This document shows, piece after piece, positions 41,991 to 52,323 of a stretch of 64,000 nucleotides of DNA. The DNA lies in assembly GCA_041736175.1 (NCBI GenBank), contig JBGSUI010000126.1:6863-70862 (forward strand), in the 5' to 3' direction. The position numbers and the translations under genes were made by a program. Under the pieces are notes generated by a model. The model saw only the letters and a list, made by a program, of their open reading frames with translations. It searched no databases and was not told the origin of the DNA. This DNA comes from Oligoflexales bacterium. Its GTDB lineage: Bacteria; Bdellovibrionota_B; Oligoflexia; Oligoflexales; CAIYRB01. How positions within the stretch are numbered: the first letter of the stretch is position 1; each line of letters starts with the position of its first letter.

Positions 41991-42077
41991 TGAGAAAATG
42001 AAAGGATCACAAACTTGAAGTGCTTAGGGTGTCTGCCTCCTGGACCTGGTAAGCCGACGTTTTGAGGAAATCCTCCT

Positions 42078-42713
42078 ATGGAAATAAAAGTATTATGCCA
42101 ATTCCCCCGAAAGCGACTCAGCGTAGGTATTTTAAAGTACGACGACAGTGAGTTTACCTTTGCCTATGATCTTGCTTGGCTAAATTATAAATATAATTTG
42201 CCCTTAGGTCCTGATCTCCCTTTACATACGAAAGAATATCGATCTGCGACCCTCTTTCAGTCGTTTGCTCGGAGAATTCCTCCGCGCAACTCCGAAAATT
42301 ACGCCCGCTACGCTAAGGATTGTGGAATCAGTATTAACGAGAAAGATCCCATGATACTGCTCGGCACAGTGGCTCATATGGGAGCGTCGTCTTTTGTCTT
42401 CGAACTTGATTATAGCCAAGAACGCCAGGAGTATGTCTTGGTAAACATCCAGCGACTTGTTGACAGTCTCTCTTTTGAGATCGTAGCAGCAGGCTTTGGA
42501 GTCAACAAAACAGGTCTTTTTAAGCTCTTAAAAAAAGCTGTACAGCCTGAGAATTCAAACATCTATGATCTACTCGAAGTCTGTTTTTTCAACCGGCAAG
42601 CAGGGGTGTGGAAAATCAAACAGTCGCTCCTTGCACCCGACAATATGAAACACAAGCTGACCAAGGCCTTTTTGACTGTATTGGATGAGAATCCCTTTCG
42701 CAGGGAAACCTAG
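42078..42713 (+). CDS. HipA N-terminal (HipS-like) domain protein with probable C-terminal HTH
   Basis: VGILKYDDSEFTFAYDLAWL..PLGPDLPL...LFQSFARRIPPR; then FEIVAAGFGVNKTGLFKLL helix-turn-helix-like segment. Confidence 0.75.
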   Translation: MEIKVLCQFPRKRLSVGILKYDDSEFTFAYDLAWLNYKYNLPLGPDLPLHTKEYRSATLFQSFARRIPPRNSENYARYAKDCGISINEKDPMILLGTVAHMGASSFVFELDYSQERQEYVLVNIQRLVDSLSFEIVAAGFGVNKTGLFKLLKKAVQPENSNIYDLLEVCFFNRQAGVWKIKQSLLAPDNMKHKLTKAFLTVLDENPFRRET

Positions 42714-42855
42714 GTCATCCAATTTTAGACCAAGCAACAACAGATCTACAATGTTTGGAAAGCCCTTGCGACCCCTGCAATCTTGGTGTTAAAACCCCTA
42801 TAGTCGTAACGTCACCGCTATCACAAATCTCCTGATTGTTAGGTTTTTAAATACC

Positions 42856-45573
42856 ATGGTTCATCCCAAGATCTTAGAGCGTCTTAGTCATTGGTTTGTC
42901 GTCTCAACTGCTTTGGGGGCTCTCGCAGGCAATCCCCTCCCAGGGATCGCCCAAGGGTCGCCGCCAAAGGGGGCCGGATCCTCCGAAATGGAGCTCTTTG
43001 GTGACCTCTTTAGGCATGATGGTGGGTTCCCTATCCATGGCGATCCGAGTGGCGATCAAAGAGATCTCATCGAAATTAAAAATCAATTTTTAGGAGACGA
43101 TCCCCGCTACCGTGCGATTCCCATAGACGTAGTCCATTACGGAATCAATCTGGATGTCAATCACCTTACCAGCGAAATCCAGGGACAAGTGCAGGTGGAT
43201 TTTGTGGCCACTAAGTCAGGGGTCGCAGGCATCTCGCTTGATGCAAAGGAGCTGAGAATCCTCCGTGTCCAGGGTGAAACAGCAGAGACCCTGACTTTTA
43301 ACCAAGAAGGCGATCTCCTTAATATTCAACTTAAAACACTACTGGGTAAGGGCCAATCTTCTTCCGTGACAGTGGTCTACCAGACCATAGCGCCCCAGAG
43401 CCTTCATCTCACCGGACCCGATGCCTCGAGTCCTGAGCGTATGGCCGCGGCCTATACCTATACCCAGCCCGAGGAAACTCCAGCGTGGATGCCCTGTATC
43501 GACCGGCCTGATGACAAAGCTTCGATGGAAATTGAAGTCAGAGTTGCAGAAGGTCTCAGCGTCCTTAGTAATGGAAAGCTCCTGTCATCAACCTCTGAAA
43601 AGGGTAAATCACGCTGGGTTTACCGCATGGACGAACCCATCGCCCCCTACTTGATCAGTCTCGCTATCGGATCCTACCAGCGGCTGTCTCTGGGAGATTT
43701 CCGAGGCAAACCTCTCCAGTTGTGGACGCCCCCTGCACACGCCCAGGCTTCCTTGCGGGAGACTGCAAATACTCGGCAGATGATGGAGATCTTTTCGAAC
43801 TTTACGGGAGTGGAGTATCCCTTTGGGAGCTACTCCCAATCCGTGGCAGAAACTTATCGAGGGTCCATGGAGCACCAGACCGCTACGACGATGGGTGGGG
43901 TGAGGATGTCGGGGGACGGGAGCGGTGAAGGTGTGGTGGCCCATGAGTTAGCCCACCAATGGTTTGGCGACTGGGTGACCTGTCGCACCTGGGGCGAGTT
44001 GTGGCTTAATGAGGGGTTTGCCAGCTATCTGCCCTATGTTTATGCCGAGAAAGCTGGACAACCCCTTCGGGAGTTAGGGCAGCTGGATTCCTGGCGTCAG
44101 GGATATTTTAAAGAGGCCAAAACCAAAGCCCGCGCCCTATCGGAAAGCGATCCTGTGGTCGATACGATCTTTGATTCCCATGCCTACGATAAAGGGGCCT
44201 TGGTGATTCATCTTATGCGCGCACTGGCTCAGTCTAACCTCGCTGATCGCGAGGGTTTGACAGAAGCCCTAAAACTCTACCTCACCCGCCATGGACGCGG
44301 CAACGCCACCAACTGGGATTTGCAACGGGCCTTAGAGGAGACGACAGGAGAGTCGTGGCAACTGTTTTTTGACCAATGGGTCCGGTCTCCAGGGCATCCA
44401 CGGCTTGCCATCAATTATTCTAACCGGACGACCGCCAACGGCCTAGAGCTAGTGCTCAACCTGCGACAGACCCAAACAACTCCCAACCAGACCAACCCCG
44501 AAACTCCCCCAGCAGAGGGCCATGTGGATCTTTCACCATGGCGGACTTTTACGTTTCCTCTGGAAGTAGAGCTTTTGGATGAGTTTGGCCAAATCAAGAC
44601 GGTCTCTCTGGATGTTTATGCCGAAGAGCAGCAGTTTGTGCTGCCCCGCTCCCACCCTGTCGTGGGGGTCGGCGTCGATCCTCGGTGGTTGGTGCCCGTG
44701 GAAGTCACCTTAGACCAGGGTGCAGATGCTTGGCTTCACATCTTGCGGAGCTCACTTAATACCCCAAGCCGCTTGGCGGCTCTTCGTAGCCTGGCCCAGC
44801 TAAAGGTTTTAGCCCCGTCCCATCCCCAAGGACAAACGGCTTTTAATTTAATCCTAGGGGACCAAGATCCCTACATTAAGATTCAAGCCCTCGAAATCCT
44901 CATCCAAACCACTCCCGATTCCCCCTCGGCCGAGCTGTTGGCTTGGACCAAAACTCTGATCGAATCTCTCCGGGCCTTAAATCTTAAGGACTACCAGACC
45001 ACTGGAGCTCTTGCCCGGGGACTTGAATGGCTGGTGACCAAGGCTCTAGTTCCACCGACCCCTCAAGAGGAAGCCCGATGGCAAGAGGCTTTTTTAAAAG
45101 CCTCTTCCGTTGCCGAACGTTTCGCCTATCTCCGGATGCTCCATGTGGCCTCGGTTCCACGGACCCAAGAGTTTATCAAGGCGCGGCTCGGGGAATCCAG
45201 GTGGGTCACCCAAGACCGTAGCAATATGGTGAGTGAGCTGCTACGATTTCCTACTGAACTAAGCTTGGGTGTGTTGGGAGATCTTCTTCAAACCTCCCAA
45301 AACAGTCTTTTTCCCGCCCTGGTATTTGCAGAGGGGATTTCCAAAAAATGGGATCAGCCGGCCCTGGTCAAGCCCAGTTTGACCTTATTGTCTCACCACA
45401 CTAAACAGAGTGTCGCTAAGCAAGCTCTTACGTTTTTATCGGGTCAAGACTCCAGCCGAGAAGAGATTTGTACCAAAATCAGCCCTTGGCTTACCCAACC
45501 ACCGGCGTCATTGCGGGTCTTGTCTAAAGAGTTAGGAGAGGTCTTAGTCCGCTTGAAATGTGGCTCCACGTAA
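42856..45573 (+). CDS. M1 family aminopeptidase with C-terminal helical (HEAT-like) region
   Basis: GSMEH, AHELAHQWFGD, WLNEGFASY, YDKGA. Confidence 0.93.
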   Translation: MVHPKILERLSHWFVVSTALGALAGNPLPGIAQGSPPKGAGSSEMELFGDLFRHDGGFPIHGDPSGDQRDLIEIKNQFLGDDPRYRAIPIDVVHYGINLDVNHLTSEIQGQVQVDFVATKSGVAGISLDAKELRILRVQGETAETLTFNQEGDLLNIQLKTLLGKGQSSSVTVVYQTIAPQSLHLTGPDASSPERMAAAYTYTQPEETPAWMPCIDRPDDKASMEIEVRVAEGLSVLSNGKLLSSTSEKGKSRWVYRMDEPIAPYLISLAIGSYQRLSLGDFRGKPLQLWTPPAHAQASLRETANTRQMMEIFSNFTGVEYPFGSYSQSVAETYRGSMEHQTATTMGGVRMSGDGSGEGVVAHELAHQWFGDWVTCRTWGELWLNEGFASYLPYVYAEKAGQPLRELGQLDSWRQGYFKEAKTKARALSESDPVVDTIFDSHAYDKGALVIHLMRALAQSNLADREGLTEALKLYLTRHGRGNATNWDLQRALEETTGESWQLFFDQWVRSPGHPRLAINYSNRTTANGLELVLNLRQTQTTPNQTNPETPPAEGHVDLSPWRTFTFPLEVELLDEFGQIKTVSLDVYAEEQQFVLPRSHPVVGVGVDPRWLVPVEVTLDQGADAWLHILRSSLNTPSRLAALRSLAQLKVLAPSHPQGQTAFNLILGDQDPYIKIQALEILIQTTPDSPSAELLAWTKTLIESLRALNLKDYQTTGALARGLEWLVTKALVPPTPQEEARWQEAFLKASSVAERFAYLRMLHVASVPRTQEFIKARLGESRWVTQDRSNMVSELLRFPTELSLGVLGDLLQTSQNSLFPALVFAEGISKKWDQPALVKPSLTLLSHHTKQSVAKQALTFLSGQDSSREEICTKISPWLTQPPASLRVLSKELGEVLVRLKCGST

Positions 45574-45738
45574 TCGGAGGTCGTGATTTATTGTTGAATG
45601 ATTCCCAATATAGCGCTTTGTTTGGTCTCAATCTTGCTGGGTAGTCCAACAAGTAAGGCTGTGGCAAAGTGCCGTGGCGAGATTGTTTGGGTATCAATAA
45701 AAACGGCCGTGAAAAAAGCCAAAACAGGTGTAAAAAAA

Positions 45739-46731
45739 ATGAGCAAATTGAAAAATCTTCAATCAAAGGTTGTGATTGTGGGGGTGCTCTCACTAATCGG
45801 CTGCGGTAAAAACTCGAATCATTCGAGTGAGGCAGCCGTAGCAGATGGCATAAGCAGTCCGGGTGCCGACACCAAGACGTGGTGGTCCAAAGGTGTGACG
45901 TCGACCCGTCTGTTACATAAAGCGGATATTAAGGTTGAGAGGGTTGAAGGTGGCTGGTTTAGTGATCCAATGCTAAAAGTTCAAATGGAAGTGCTATTGA
46001 ACGTTCCGGGTGAACCGGCTGATAAGATTGTAAGTATTTTTCCAAAGTCTGGGAATAACTGGAGTCAAGGTGACAAACCCCTGAGCGAATTGGGCAAGGC
46101 ATTTAACGATTTCGAGCCTAAATTTGTCAAAAAAATAAATAACGGTCGTGAGTTATGGTCGGCTCATAAAGAAGTCCAAGTCAAGGATGTTTGGAGCGGA
46201 AGGAACAATTATCCTGTCCAAAAACTCCTCTTCAGCGTAACGACCAAATCTAGCGGTCACGAAGTGGCTGCTGAAATGCTAACCTTGGACCTCAGGGAGT
46301 CCGGGGTTGTCATGACTTCAGAGGTTTGGCAAAATGGTCATACCTGGGATAAATCTGCTTCGAAGTTGTGTGTTGAAGCCATCGGCAGAACAAATTGGGC
46401 TGAGTCACAAGGCGAGCTTGTATACCGAGTCGAAGGCAGCAATGAAACGCAGACGGAAAAGTTGGTACTGACTGATCCAAATGGGCTGTATAACGCTCAT
46501 CCATACACGAATCCAAAAGGCAAATTTATCAATACAGAAAACGATAAAAGTTATCTCGTGATGTACAAAGCCTGTATTCCCATTAATAAGTGCGTCAACT
46601 ACGTCTTGCGCCATAAGCGCGGCGAAGCGGAGTTACTCGGTTACCCTTATAGCTTGGACGACAATTTTGGTGAAACCTACCGCTACTGCCCGGTAACCGC
46701 GGCAATGGGTGATGGCGAAGCCAGTATCTGA
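45739..46731 (+). CDS. Hypothetical lipoprotein
   Basis: Lipobox LIGC followed by Ser-rich linker; start probably MSKLKN at 45739. Confidence 0.7.
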   Translation: MSKLKNLQSKVVIVGVLSLIGCGKNSNHSSEAAVADGISSPGADTKTWWSKGVTSTRLLHKADIKVERVEGGWFSDPMLKVQMEVLLNVPGEPADKIVSIFPKSGNNWSQGDKPLSELGKAFNDFEPKFVKKINNGRELWSAHKEVQVKDVWSGRNNYPVQKLLFSVTTKSSGHEVAAEMLTLDLRESGVVMTSEVWQNGHTWDKSASKLCVEAIGRTNWAESQGELVYRVEGSNETQTEKLVLTDPNGLYNAHPYTNPKGKFINTENDKSYLVMYKACIPINKCVNYVLRHKRGEAELLGYPYSLDDNFGETYRYCPVTAAMGDGEASI

Positions 46732-46825
46732 ATCAGACAGCATTAGACAGTCTAGATCAGAAGGGGACCCGAGATTTTCCACTCAAGGAAAAAGTACTCG
46801 CGTCCCCTTCCAGAGTCTCTTTAAA

Positions 46826-47449
46826 TCACTTTGGAAATTTTTCATTCCCCCAAACCACAAAAAGATTGAGTCCCGCTGCGCTCAGTGGCGGCTTCACAAT
46901 CGGCATTCTTCCTGCCCGAATCGAACCTAAAGAGACTGCATAGTTTGCAACAACGGCATCATAGGTATCGAGAGCAATATTTTTTGCTGGATTTGGGGTT
47001 GAGTGGCACCCTGCACCAAGACAAGACGCTACCATTTGAGGGGCTATATCTTTGGCATAGCTGGTTGTAGGCGCAGGAGCTGGGGGTGGGACTGGAGCTG
47101 GGGGTGGGACTGGAGTGGGAGTTGGAGCAGGGGGTGGGACTGGAGTGGGAGCTGGGGCAGGGCATGGTTTCTTTTTTGATTTATTCTTCTTCCCTTCATG
47201 ATCTTCTTTGAGGCTTAAATCAAAATCGTCGTCTTCATTATTTTTGTTTTTTCCTGAACCCTCCGCACCTCCTCCCGGTGTATTCGTTTGGCATGTCCCA
47301 CTATTTGCCTTGTTTTTAGCAAGATCATAACTTTCAACATCTCCCTGATGAGACTCATTAGGGGTTGCTCTAGAAGCAGTTCCAGACCTAACTTGGGTTC
47401 CACAGGAAATTAAAAAAACCGAGAACCAAACACTTCTGAAAGTTTGCAT
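46826..47449 (-). CDS. Lipoprotein with Pro-Ala linker and small c-type cytochrome-like domain
   Basis: Lipobox LISC; PAPTPVPP repeats; SCLGAGCH and GRMP. Confidence 0.7.
   Translation of the reverse strand: MQTFRSVWFSVFLISCGTQVRSGTASRATPNESHQGDVESYDLAKNKANSGTCQTNTPGGGAEGSGKNKNNEDDDFDLSLKEDHEGKKNKSKKKPCPAPAPTPVPPPAPTPTPVPPPAPVPPPAPAPTTSYAKDIAPQMVASCLGAGCHSTPNPAKNIALDTYDAVVANYAVSLGSIRAGRMPIVKPPLSAAGLNLFVVWGNEKFPK
47076..47160. repeat. Coding 18-bp-unit repeats (Pro/Ala/Thr linker)
   Basis: GGAGCTGGGGGTGGGACT at 47076 and 47094, variant at 47124. Confidence 0.8.
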
Positions 47450-47744
47450 AGATCCACCTCGTTTGTTTGTTTTTTCTACGAAGTCACTTGCCTGCGTAGA
47501 ACTAATCGAGCCTTCGGTGGCCTGTGCTGAAAATTCAACTGCTTTTTTGAGGGGAGTATTTTAATGTATAACATTATATAGTTATAGGTAGTCAAATCAT
47601 TGTGAATTTTACCAAGGCTGAGAGGATGTTTTAAAATCGATTTTATTTCTTGCGGCTGAGCCAAGCTCTTGCTCGGCCCCGTCATAACAGGTACCCTGAT
47701 AAGGCCATCGGTAGTCTTGCAACGACCTGAAAAGGCCTCTTTTT

Positions 47745-48638
47745 ATGTCACAACCAGCTGCTCTCCCCATCCTAAAAGCGCGCCAAGTCGGCAAAGTCTT
47801 TGGGACCCAGGTCGCCATCAAGGACCTCAGTCTTGAGATTTATCCCGGAGAGTGCTTTGGACTGTTAGGGCCCAACGGCGCAGGTAAATCCACGATGATC
47901 AAGATGATCTATGGTGTCGTGAGTCGCAGCAGTGGGGACCTAACGGTGCTGGGTTTTGATCCCCAAAAAGATAGCCGGGCTTTACGGCGTTACCTGGGTG
48001 TGGTGATGCAAGAAGACGCCTTAGATGAGGCCATGACAGTCCGGGAAAACATGCTGATGTTTTCAAGATTTCATGGCATCGCTCGTAAGGAAGCCGCGCC
48101 CCATGTGGATCAGCTTTTGGCAGAGTTGTCCCTCACTGCCAAAAGCCAGGCTCCCATCTTTGCCTTATCGGGCGGCATGAAACGCCGGCTTGCTTTTGTA
48201 AGAGCTCTGATCTGCCGTCCCAAAATCCTCATCTTAGACGAACCCACGACAGGGCTTGATCCCGCGGTGCGCCATGTCCTGTGGGAAAAAATCCGCCAAC
48301 TCAAGAGTCAGGGTACGACCATTATCCTGACGACCCACTATATGGACGAAGCGGAGCTGCTCTGTGATCGACTTGTGATCATGGACCAAGGCGCCCTTAA
48401 GGGTGAAGGGAGTCCAAGGCAACTCATCGCCACTCACTGTCCAGGATATATCGTGATCTATCAGGAGGATTTTCAAACTAAAAGACATCAGTTTACAAGC
48501 CTCAAAGCCCTGACAGATCATTTAGAAACGGTCCAAAAGCATGAGTCCCAAGGTGGAGTGCCCACGATGATGCGGCCTTCTAATCTCGAAGATGTTTTTC
48601 TTAAACTCACAGGACGAGAACTCGATGAGCATGCATAG
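47745..48638 (+). CDS. ABC-2 exporter ATP-binding subunit (NodI-like)
   Basis: GPNGAGKST, LSGGMKRR, LILDEPTTGLDP, LTTHYMDEA. Confidence 0.93.
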   Translation: MSQPAALPILKARQVGKVFGTQVAIKDLSLEIYPGECFGLLGPNGAGKSTMIKMIYGVVSRSSGDLTVLGFDPQKDSRALRRYLGVVMQEDALDEAMTVRENMLMFSRFHGIARKEAAPHVDQLLAELSLTAKSQAPIFALSGGMKRRLAFVRALICRPKILILDEPTTGLDPAVRHVLWEKIRQLKSQGTTIILTTHYMDEAELLCDRLVIMDQGALKGEGSPRQLIATHCPGYIVIYQEDFQTKRHQFTSLKALTDHLETVQKHESQGGVPTMMRPSNLEDVFLKLTGRELDEHA

Positions 48639-49419
48639 CCAAGTGGAATCAGGACACCAGTCCCTTCGGCTTTCGGCCCTAGTGGCCCACAGGCATTGGA
48701 CGATCTATAGGCGGAATTTCTGGGCAAATATCTCCCCGACCTTGGTCGATCCGACCCTCTATGTGATTGTCTTTGGGAGTTGGCTTGGCTCCCAGGTCCA
48801 GACCCAGGGCGATAGGTCCTACCTGGCCTTTATGGCACCTGGAATCAGTGCCATGACAGCTTTCTTCACGTCTTTCTTTGAGGGAAGCTACGGGTTTTAT
48901 GTCCGACTCACCTACGAAAACATCTACAAAGCCCTTATGACCACCCCGGTGGGTCCACGGGAGATCTTGCTGGGAGAGATGCTCTGGTTAGGGCTTAAGT
49001 CGGCTATCATGGCAACGGCAGTCAGTCTTGTCCTCGTCGTCCTAGGGATCAGTAAACCACATTATCTCTACCTTATCCCATTGATGGGTTTTCTGATCGG
49101 GACATCCTGTGGCAGCATCGGTCTCCTATCTTGTACTTTTGTGCAAAATATCAACCAATTTCAGTCCGTCTATGCATGGATCATAAGTCCGATGTTTTTT
49201 GTCTCCGGAATGTTTGTCCCTACCAGCGTGATGCCCGATATCATCAAAAAGCTGATTTGGATGTCGCCTTTTTACCATGGAGTCCAGCTGGCCCAGGGGA
49301 TCCTTTGGGCAGAAAACGTCGGCGAAGTCCTGTTAGTTCATGGGGGCCTGCTTTTGGTCATGAGCGTAGCCCTCACTTTTTGGATGTGGCGTCGGATCTA
49401 TCCAAAACTCTATTTTTAA
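48625..49419 (+). CDS. ABC-2 exporter permease (NodJ-like)
   Basis: YLAFMAPG, F..SG.F.P; six-TM pattern; overlaps the ATPase stop. Confidence 0.88.
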   Translation: MSMHSQVESGHQSLRLSALVAHRHWTIYRRNFWANISPTLVDPTLYVIVFGSWLGSQVQTQGDRSYLAFMAPGISAMTAFFTSFFEGSYGFYVRLTYENIYKALMTTPVGPREILLGEMLWLGLKSAIMATAVSLVLVVLGISKPHYLYLIPLMGFLIGTSCGSIGLLSCTFVQNINQFQSVYAWIISPMFFVSGMFVPTSVMPDIIKKLIWMSPFYHGVQLAQGILWAENVGEVLLVHGGLLLVMSVALTFWMWRRIYPKLYF

Positions 49420-49432
49420 GTCCTGATACCAT

Positions 49433-51295
49433 TTACAGAACGCTCCCCAACATTCCCAGCCCTTGCCCCACCAGCCATGGGGTATCCCCCGAGGATGTGG
49501 CAAAATCTTGGACCAGCCTCTGGCGCAAAGTGTTTAGCCTTTCCTTGAACGCAGGATCGATCGTCTTAAGGGGGGTTTTGCGGAAATGCCACACCGCCAA
49601 ATCCAGGGCATCAAGTCGTAGAAGCCACTCTTCAGGAAACTCCCAGGACAGGAGTTCCGCCTTTAGGAGTGCGGTTTCTAAGGTATCGGTTTCGTGCTCC
49701 CTGCTATCACGGAGCTCCTGATAAGCTGCAAAGGAAGCGACTTCTACCGGGCTATAGGGGGAGGTGCGGGCTGGGGAGGTGGATGCTGTCCCCATCTCAA
49801 ACATTCCAAAGTCTGAGGGATCACTGGGACCACCTGCGACGGATAAGATCGACTCGCCCACGGCCCAGTCAAAGTCACCCCAATCAGGCTGAAAGTAAAC
49901 ACGGCCTGATTTTGTAACGGTGCATCTCTTCCACTTCATCACCAAGATTTGGTCTTTATCCCCACGCACGACTTGGACCAGCTCTCCTTCGATCTGAAAG
50001 CCCGACGTGAGACGAAGGGTTGCAAACTCACCTTTATAAAGGCCCAATTGCGCTAGGTCCCCGTCGCTGAGGGTGGCAAGGGGCCGGTCGATACGGGCAG
50101 CGGCTCTGCCCAAGACGGTGCTAAAACCCTGGGGGTGTTGGGAGACTCCCTGTCCTGCCAGGATTTGGCCTTGGTAGGCAAGCTGGCTGGGGCCACGCCA
50201 CCGAACCCACTCGACCCTGCCACGCTCCCCTTGTGGGGCGGAGGCTCCAGTGTCGTCAGTGATCATGTCGTCGATGATGCCGGAGATTTCGACACCAGAG
50301 TCAAGGATGGTGGTGGTGACGGTTCCTGCGTTGTGCCCCTCTTTAAGGGCATAGACGCCGCCCCGTTTGTAGGCCAGGGTGGCTTCAAACTCTTCAAGAA
50401 CCTGTTTAAGGTGGCTGATGCTGTCGGCCACAAATAGCTGGGGTTGGGGCTCGGTGATATCGTAGGCCTGATCCACACAGGCGACGGAAAGCCGGATTTT
50501 TGCTACTTTTGGACTGAGACAGTTTTGACTTTCTCGCACCGACGAAAGAAGGCCGGCTCCATAGATCTTTGGCTCGGTGAGGGAACCGAGGAGGCCGTAT
50601 TCAACGGTCCACCAGTTCATACGGGTCACCTTGGCTGCCTCGGACGTGGTGGTGATCTTTGCCGTCGCTGCCTTAAGGGCAGACTCCGCCTGGGCGATCT
50701 GCTCCCTCGTGGAATCCGTGTTTTCCTTAAGATCCGAGAGGATTCGGATCGCCTCATAGAGTTGGAGATCACTGTGGCTTAAAATGGCTTTTTTGGCCAT
50801 GGAGGCATAGCGAGTGAGATAGTCGGAGTAGTCCTGATCGGCGAGGATCGGGGCATGTCCTGCGGCCTCATGGACGATGTCCGGTGCAGGGGTGTAGCCC
50901 ACGTGGTCGATGGAGCGCATATCGTAGGCTATGGGAAGGATTCTGAGGGATTGAAATTCTAAAAACGCAGCAGGAGGGATAAATCCACAGACCGGCACAG
51001 CACCCCAGCCGAGATCGCGGAGTTTGGAGTCCATGTCTTTGATCATGGGAATACGATCTGTAGTGACCCCCGTTTGAGCGAGCCCCGCTATGTAAACAGG
51101 GACGGCATAGTCTTTAAAATAAGCCCGGTTTTGGCGCATGATATAGCGCCAAACGGCATGATCTCTCGGTGTGTAGCGATCGTCGTTTTGTTCGACCACG
51201 TATTTGTGCAGATAGTCAGGAAGTCCTTCAAGGGTTGGGTTCAAATTCCACCTCACAGGTTGATTCTGCCGTTTGTGATATGATAAGCGTCTCAT
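49433..51295 (-). CDS. phhA: Aromatic amino acid (phenylalanine) 4-hydroxylase, long form
   Basis: YTPAPDIVHEAAGHAP (2 His), WWTVEYGL (Glu), KIYGAGLLSS; about 300-aa C-terminal extension. Confidence 0.9.
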   Translation of the reverse strand: MRRLSYHKRQNQPVRWNLNPTLEGLPDYLHKYVVEQNDDRYTPRDHAVWRYIMRQNRAYFKDYAVPVYIAGLAQTGVTTDRIPMIKDMDSKLRDLGWGAVPVCGFIPPAAFLEFQSLRILPIAYDMRSIDHVGYTPAPDIVHEAAGHAPILADQDYSDYLTRYASMAKKAILSHSDLQLYEAIRILSDLKENTDSTREQIAQAESALKAATAKITTTSEAAKVTRMNWWTVEYGLLGSLTEPKIYGAGLLSSVRESQNCLSPKVAKIRLSVACVDQAYDITEPQPQLFVADSISHLKQVLEEFEATLAYKRGGVYALKEGHNAGTVTTTILDSGVEISGIIDDMITDDTGASAPQGERGRVEWVRWRGPSQLAYQGQILAGQGVSQHPQGFSTVLGRAAARIDRPLATLSDGDLAQLGLYKGEFATLRLTSGFQIEGELVQVVRGDKDQILVMKWKRCTVTKSGRVYFQPDWGDFDWAVGESILSVAGGPSDPSDFGMFEMGTASTSPARTSPYSPVEVASFAAYQELRDSREHETDTLETALLKAELLSWEFPEEWLLRLDALDLAVWHFRKTPLKTIDPAFKERLNTLRQRLVQDFATSSGDTPWLVGQGLGMLGSVL

Positions 51296-51346
51296 ACCGT
51301 AAAAAAAACTCGACAACACTTTTAGACTGGGGGAGCACTCGTTCAC

Positions 51347-52024
51347 ATGCCGACAAGCCGCCTTAACTTGCTGAGGCTCACCGTGACCTTACCGCTGGTG
51401 TGGTGTTTGAATCCAGCCTTTTTATGGGGTGCTCAGGAAACAGTAGACCTACATGCCAACAAGTTCCAAACCGTCCGTTTTGCCAAAATCGAACCTACCA
51501 TCTACACCGACGACCAGGGTGGTCTAAAGATGCAAGTCAAAAGCTCTGCAGCTTTTTTATTGCAGTCTTTTGAACAGATCAAAAAAATCAAAAGCCTTCG
51601 GTTTCAATGGAAAGCCGACGGCAGCCCCCGCGTCAAAAACCAGGAGCAGGAGCGGGAAAAAGCTGGCGACGACGCTCCCCTGCGGATTGGGCTCCTGGTG
51701 AGTGGTCCAGCACCGACCATTCCGTTTTTTGCCTCGGCTTGGATCAAAGCAGTAAGGGATCACATGAAGCATCCGTCAGACAAGATGATCTACGTGGCTG
51801 TCGGCACCAAAAATCCCCCAGGGGCTACTTGGGAGAGCCCCTATACGGACAGCATCCAGGTGGTGGTCGCCGGAGATCAGCAACAGTCCGATGGCTGGCG
51901 GCAAGCCCAATTCCAGCCAAAAACGCCCCTCTCCATCGTCGGTCTTTGGATTATGGCCGATGGAGACGATACCAAATCTCAGTTTACCACCTGGCTTAGG
52001 CAGTTAGTCCTGGAAACCCTGTGA
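51347..52024 (+). CDS. DUF3047-like exported protein
   Basis: Signal peptide; LRFQWK, KAGDDAPLRI, IMADGDDT. Confidence 0.65.
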   Translation: MPTSRLNLLRLTVTLPLVWCLNPAFLWGAQETVDLHANKFQTVRFAKIEPTIYTDDQGGLKMQVKSSAAFLLQSFEQIKKIKSLRFQWKADGSPRVKNQEQEREKAGDDAPLRIGLLVSGPAPTIPFFASAWIKAVRDHMKHPSDKMIYVAVGTKNPPGATWESPYTDSIQVVVAGDQQQSDGWRQAQFQPKTPLSIVGLWIMADGDDTKSQFTTWLRQLVLETL

Positions 52025-52060
52025 GCTTCTCTAAGGGGAACTCATCTAGAAAGGATTTTT

Positions 52061-52282
52061 ATGTGTATCATCTGTATCGAATTTACCAAATCGCGAGATC
52101 TCCTTGATGCAAGGCGCATGTTGGCCCACGCCCGTAAGGAGCCCCAAGCGATTGGGGCCGAACACCTTGAGGAGCTGGGAGCAGCCTTGGACCAAGATCT
52201 AGGGACCGCCTTAGACGAAATTAAGAAAATTTCCAAAGACCCCAGTGAGACTCAAGTGACAACGCCTCTGTCGCGGGTTTGA
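52061..52282 (+). CDS. Small protein with N-terminal CxxC
   Basis: AAGGA RBS; MCIICIEF start, acidic helical C-terminus. Confidence 0.6.
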   Translation: MCIICIEFTKSRDLLDARRMLAHARKEPQAIGAEHLEELGAALDQDLGTALDEIKKISKDPSETQVTTPLSRV

Positions 52283-52323
52283 TCTCCGCGTAACCTACTG
52301 GAATAAATAGATTTAATATAGTT

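Noticed and set aside
42064-42075. GAGGA-AA-TCCTC hairpin that could occlude the HipS-like RBS
   Set aside because: The stem is too short to be significant and may simply reflect the overlapping remnant frame
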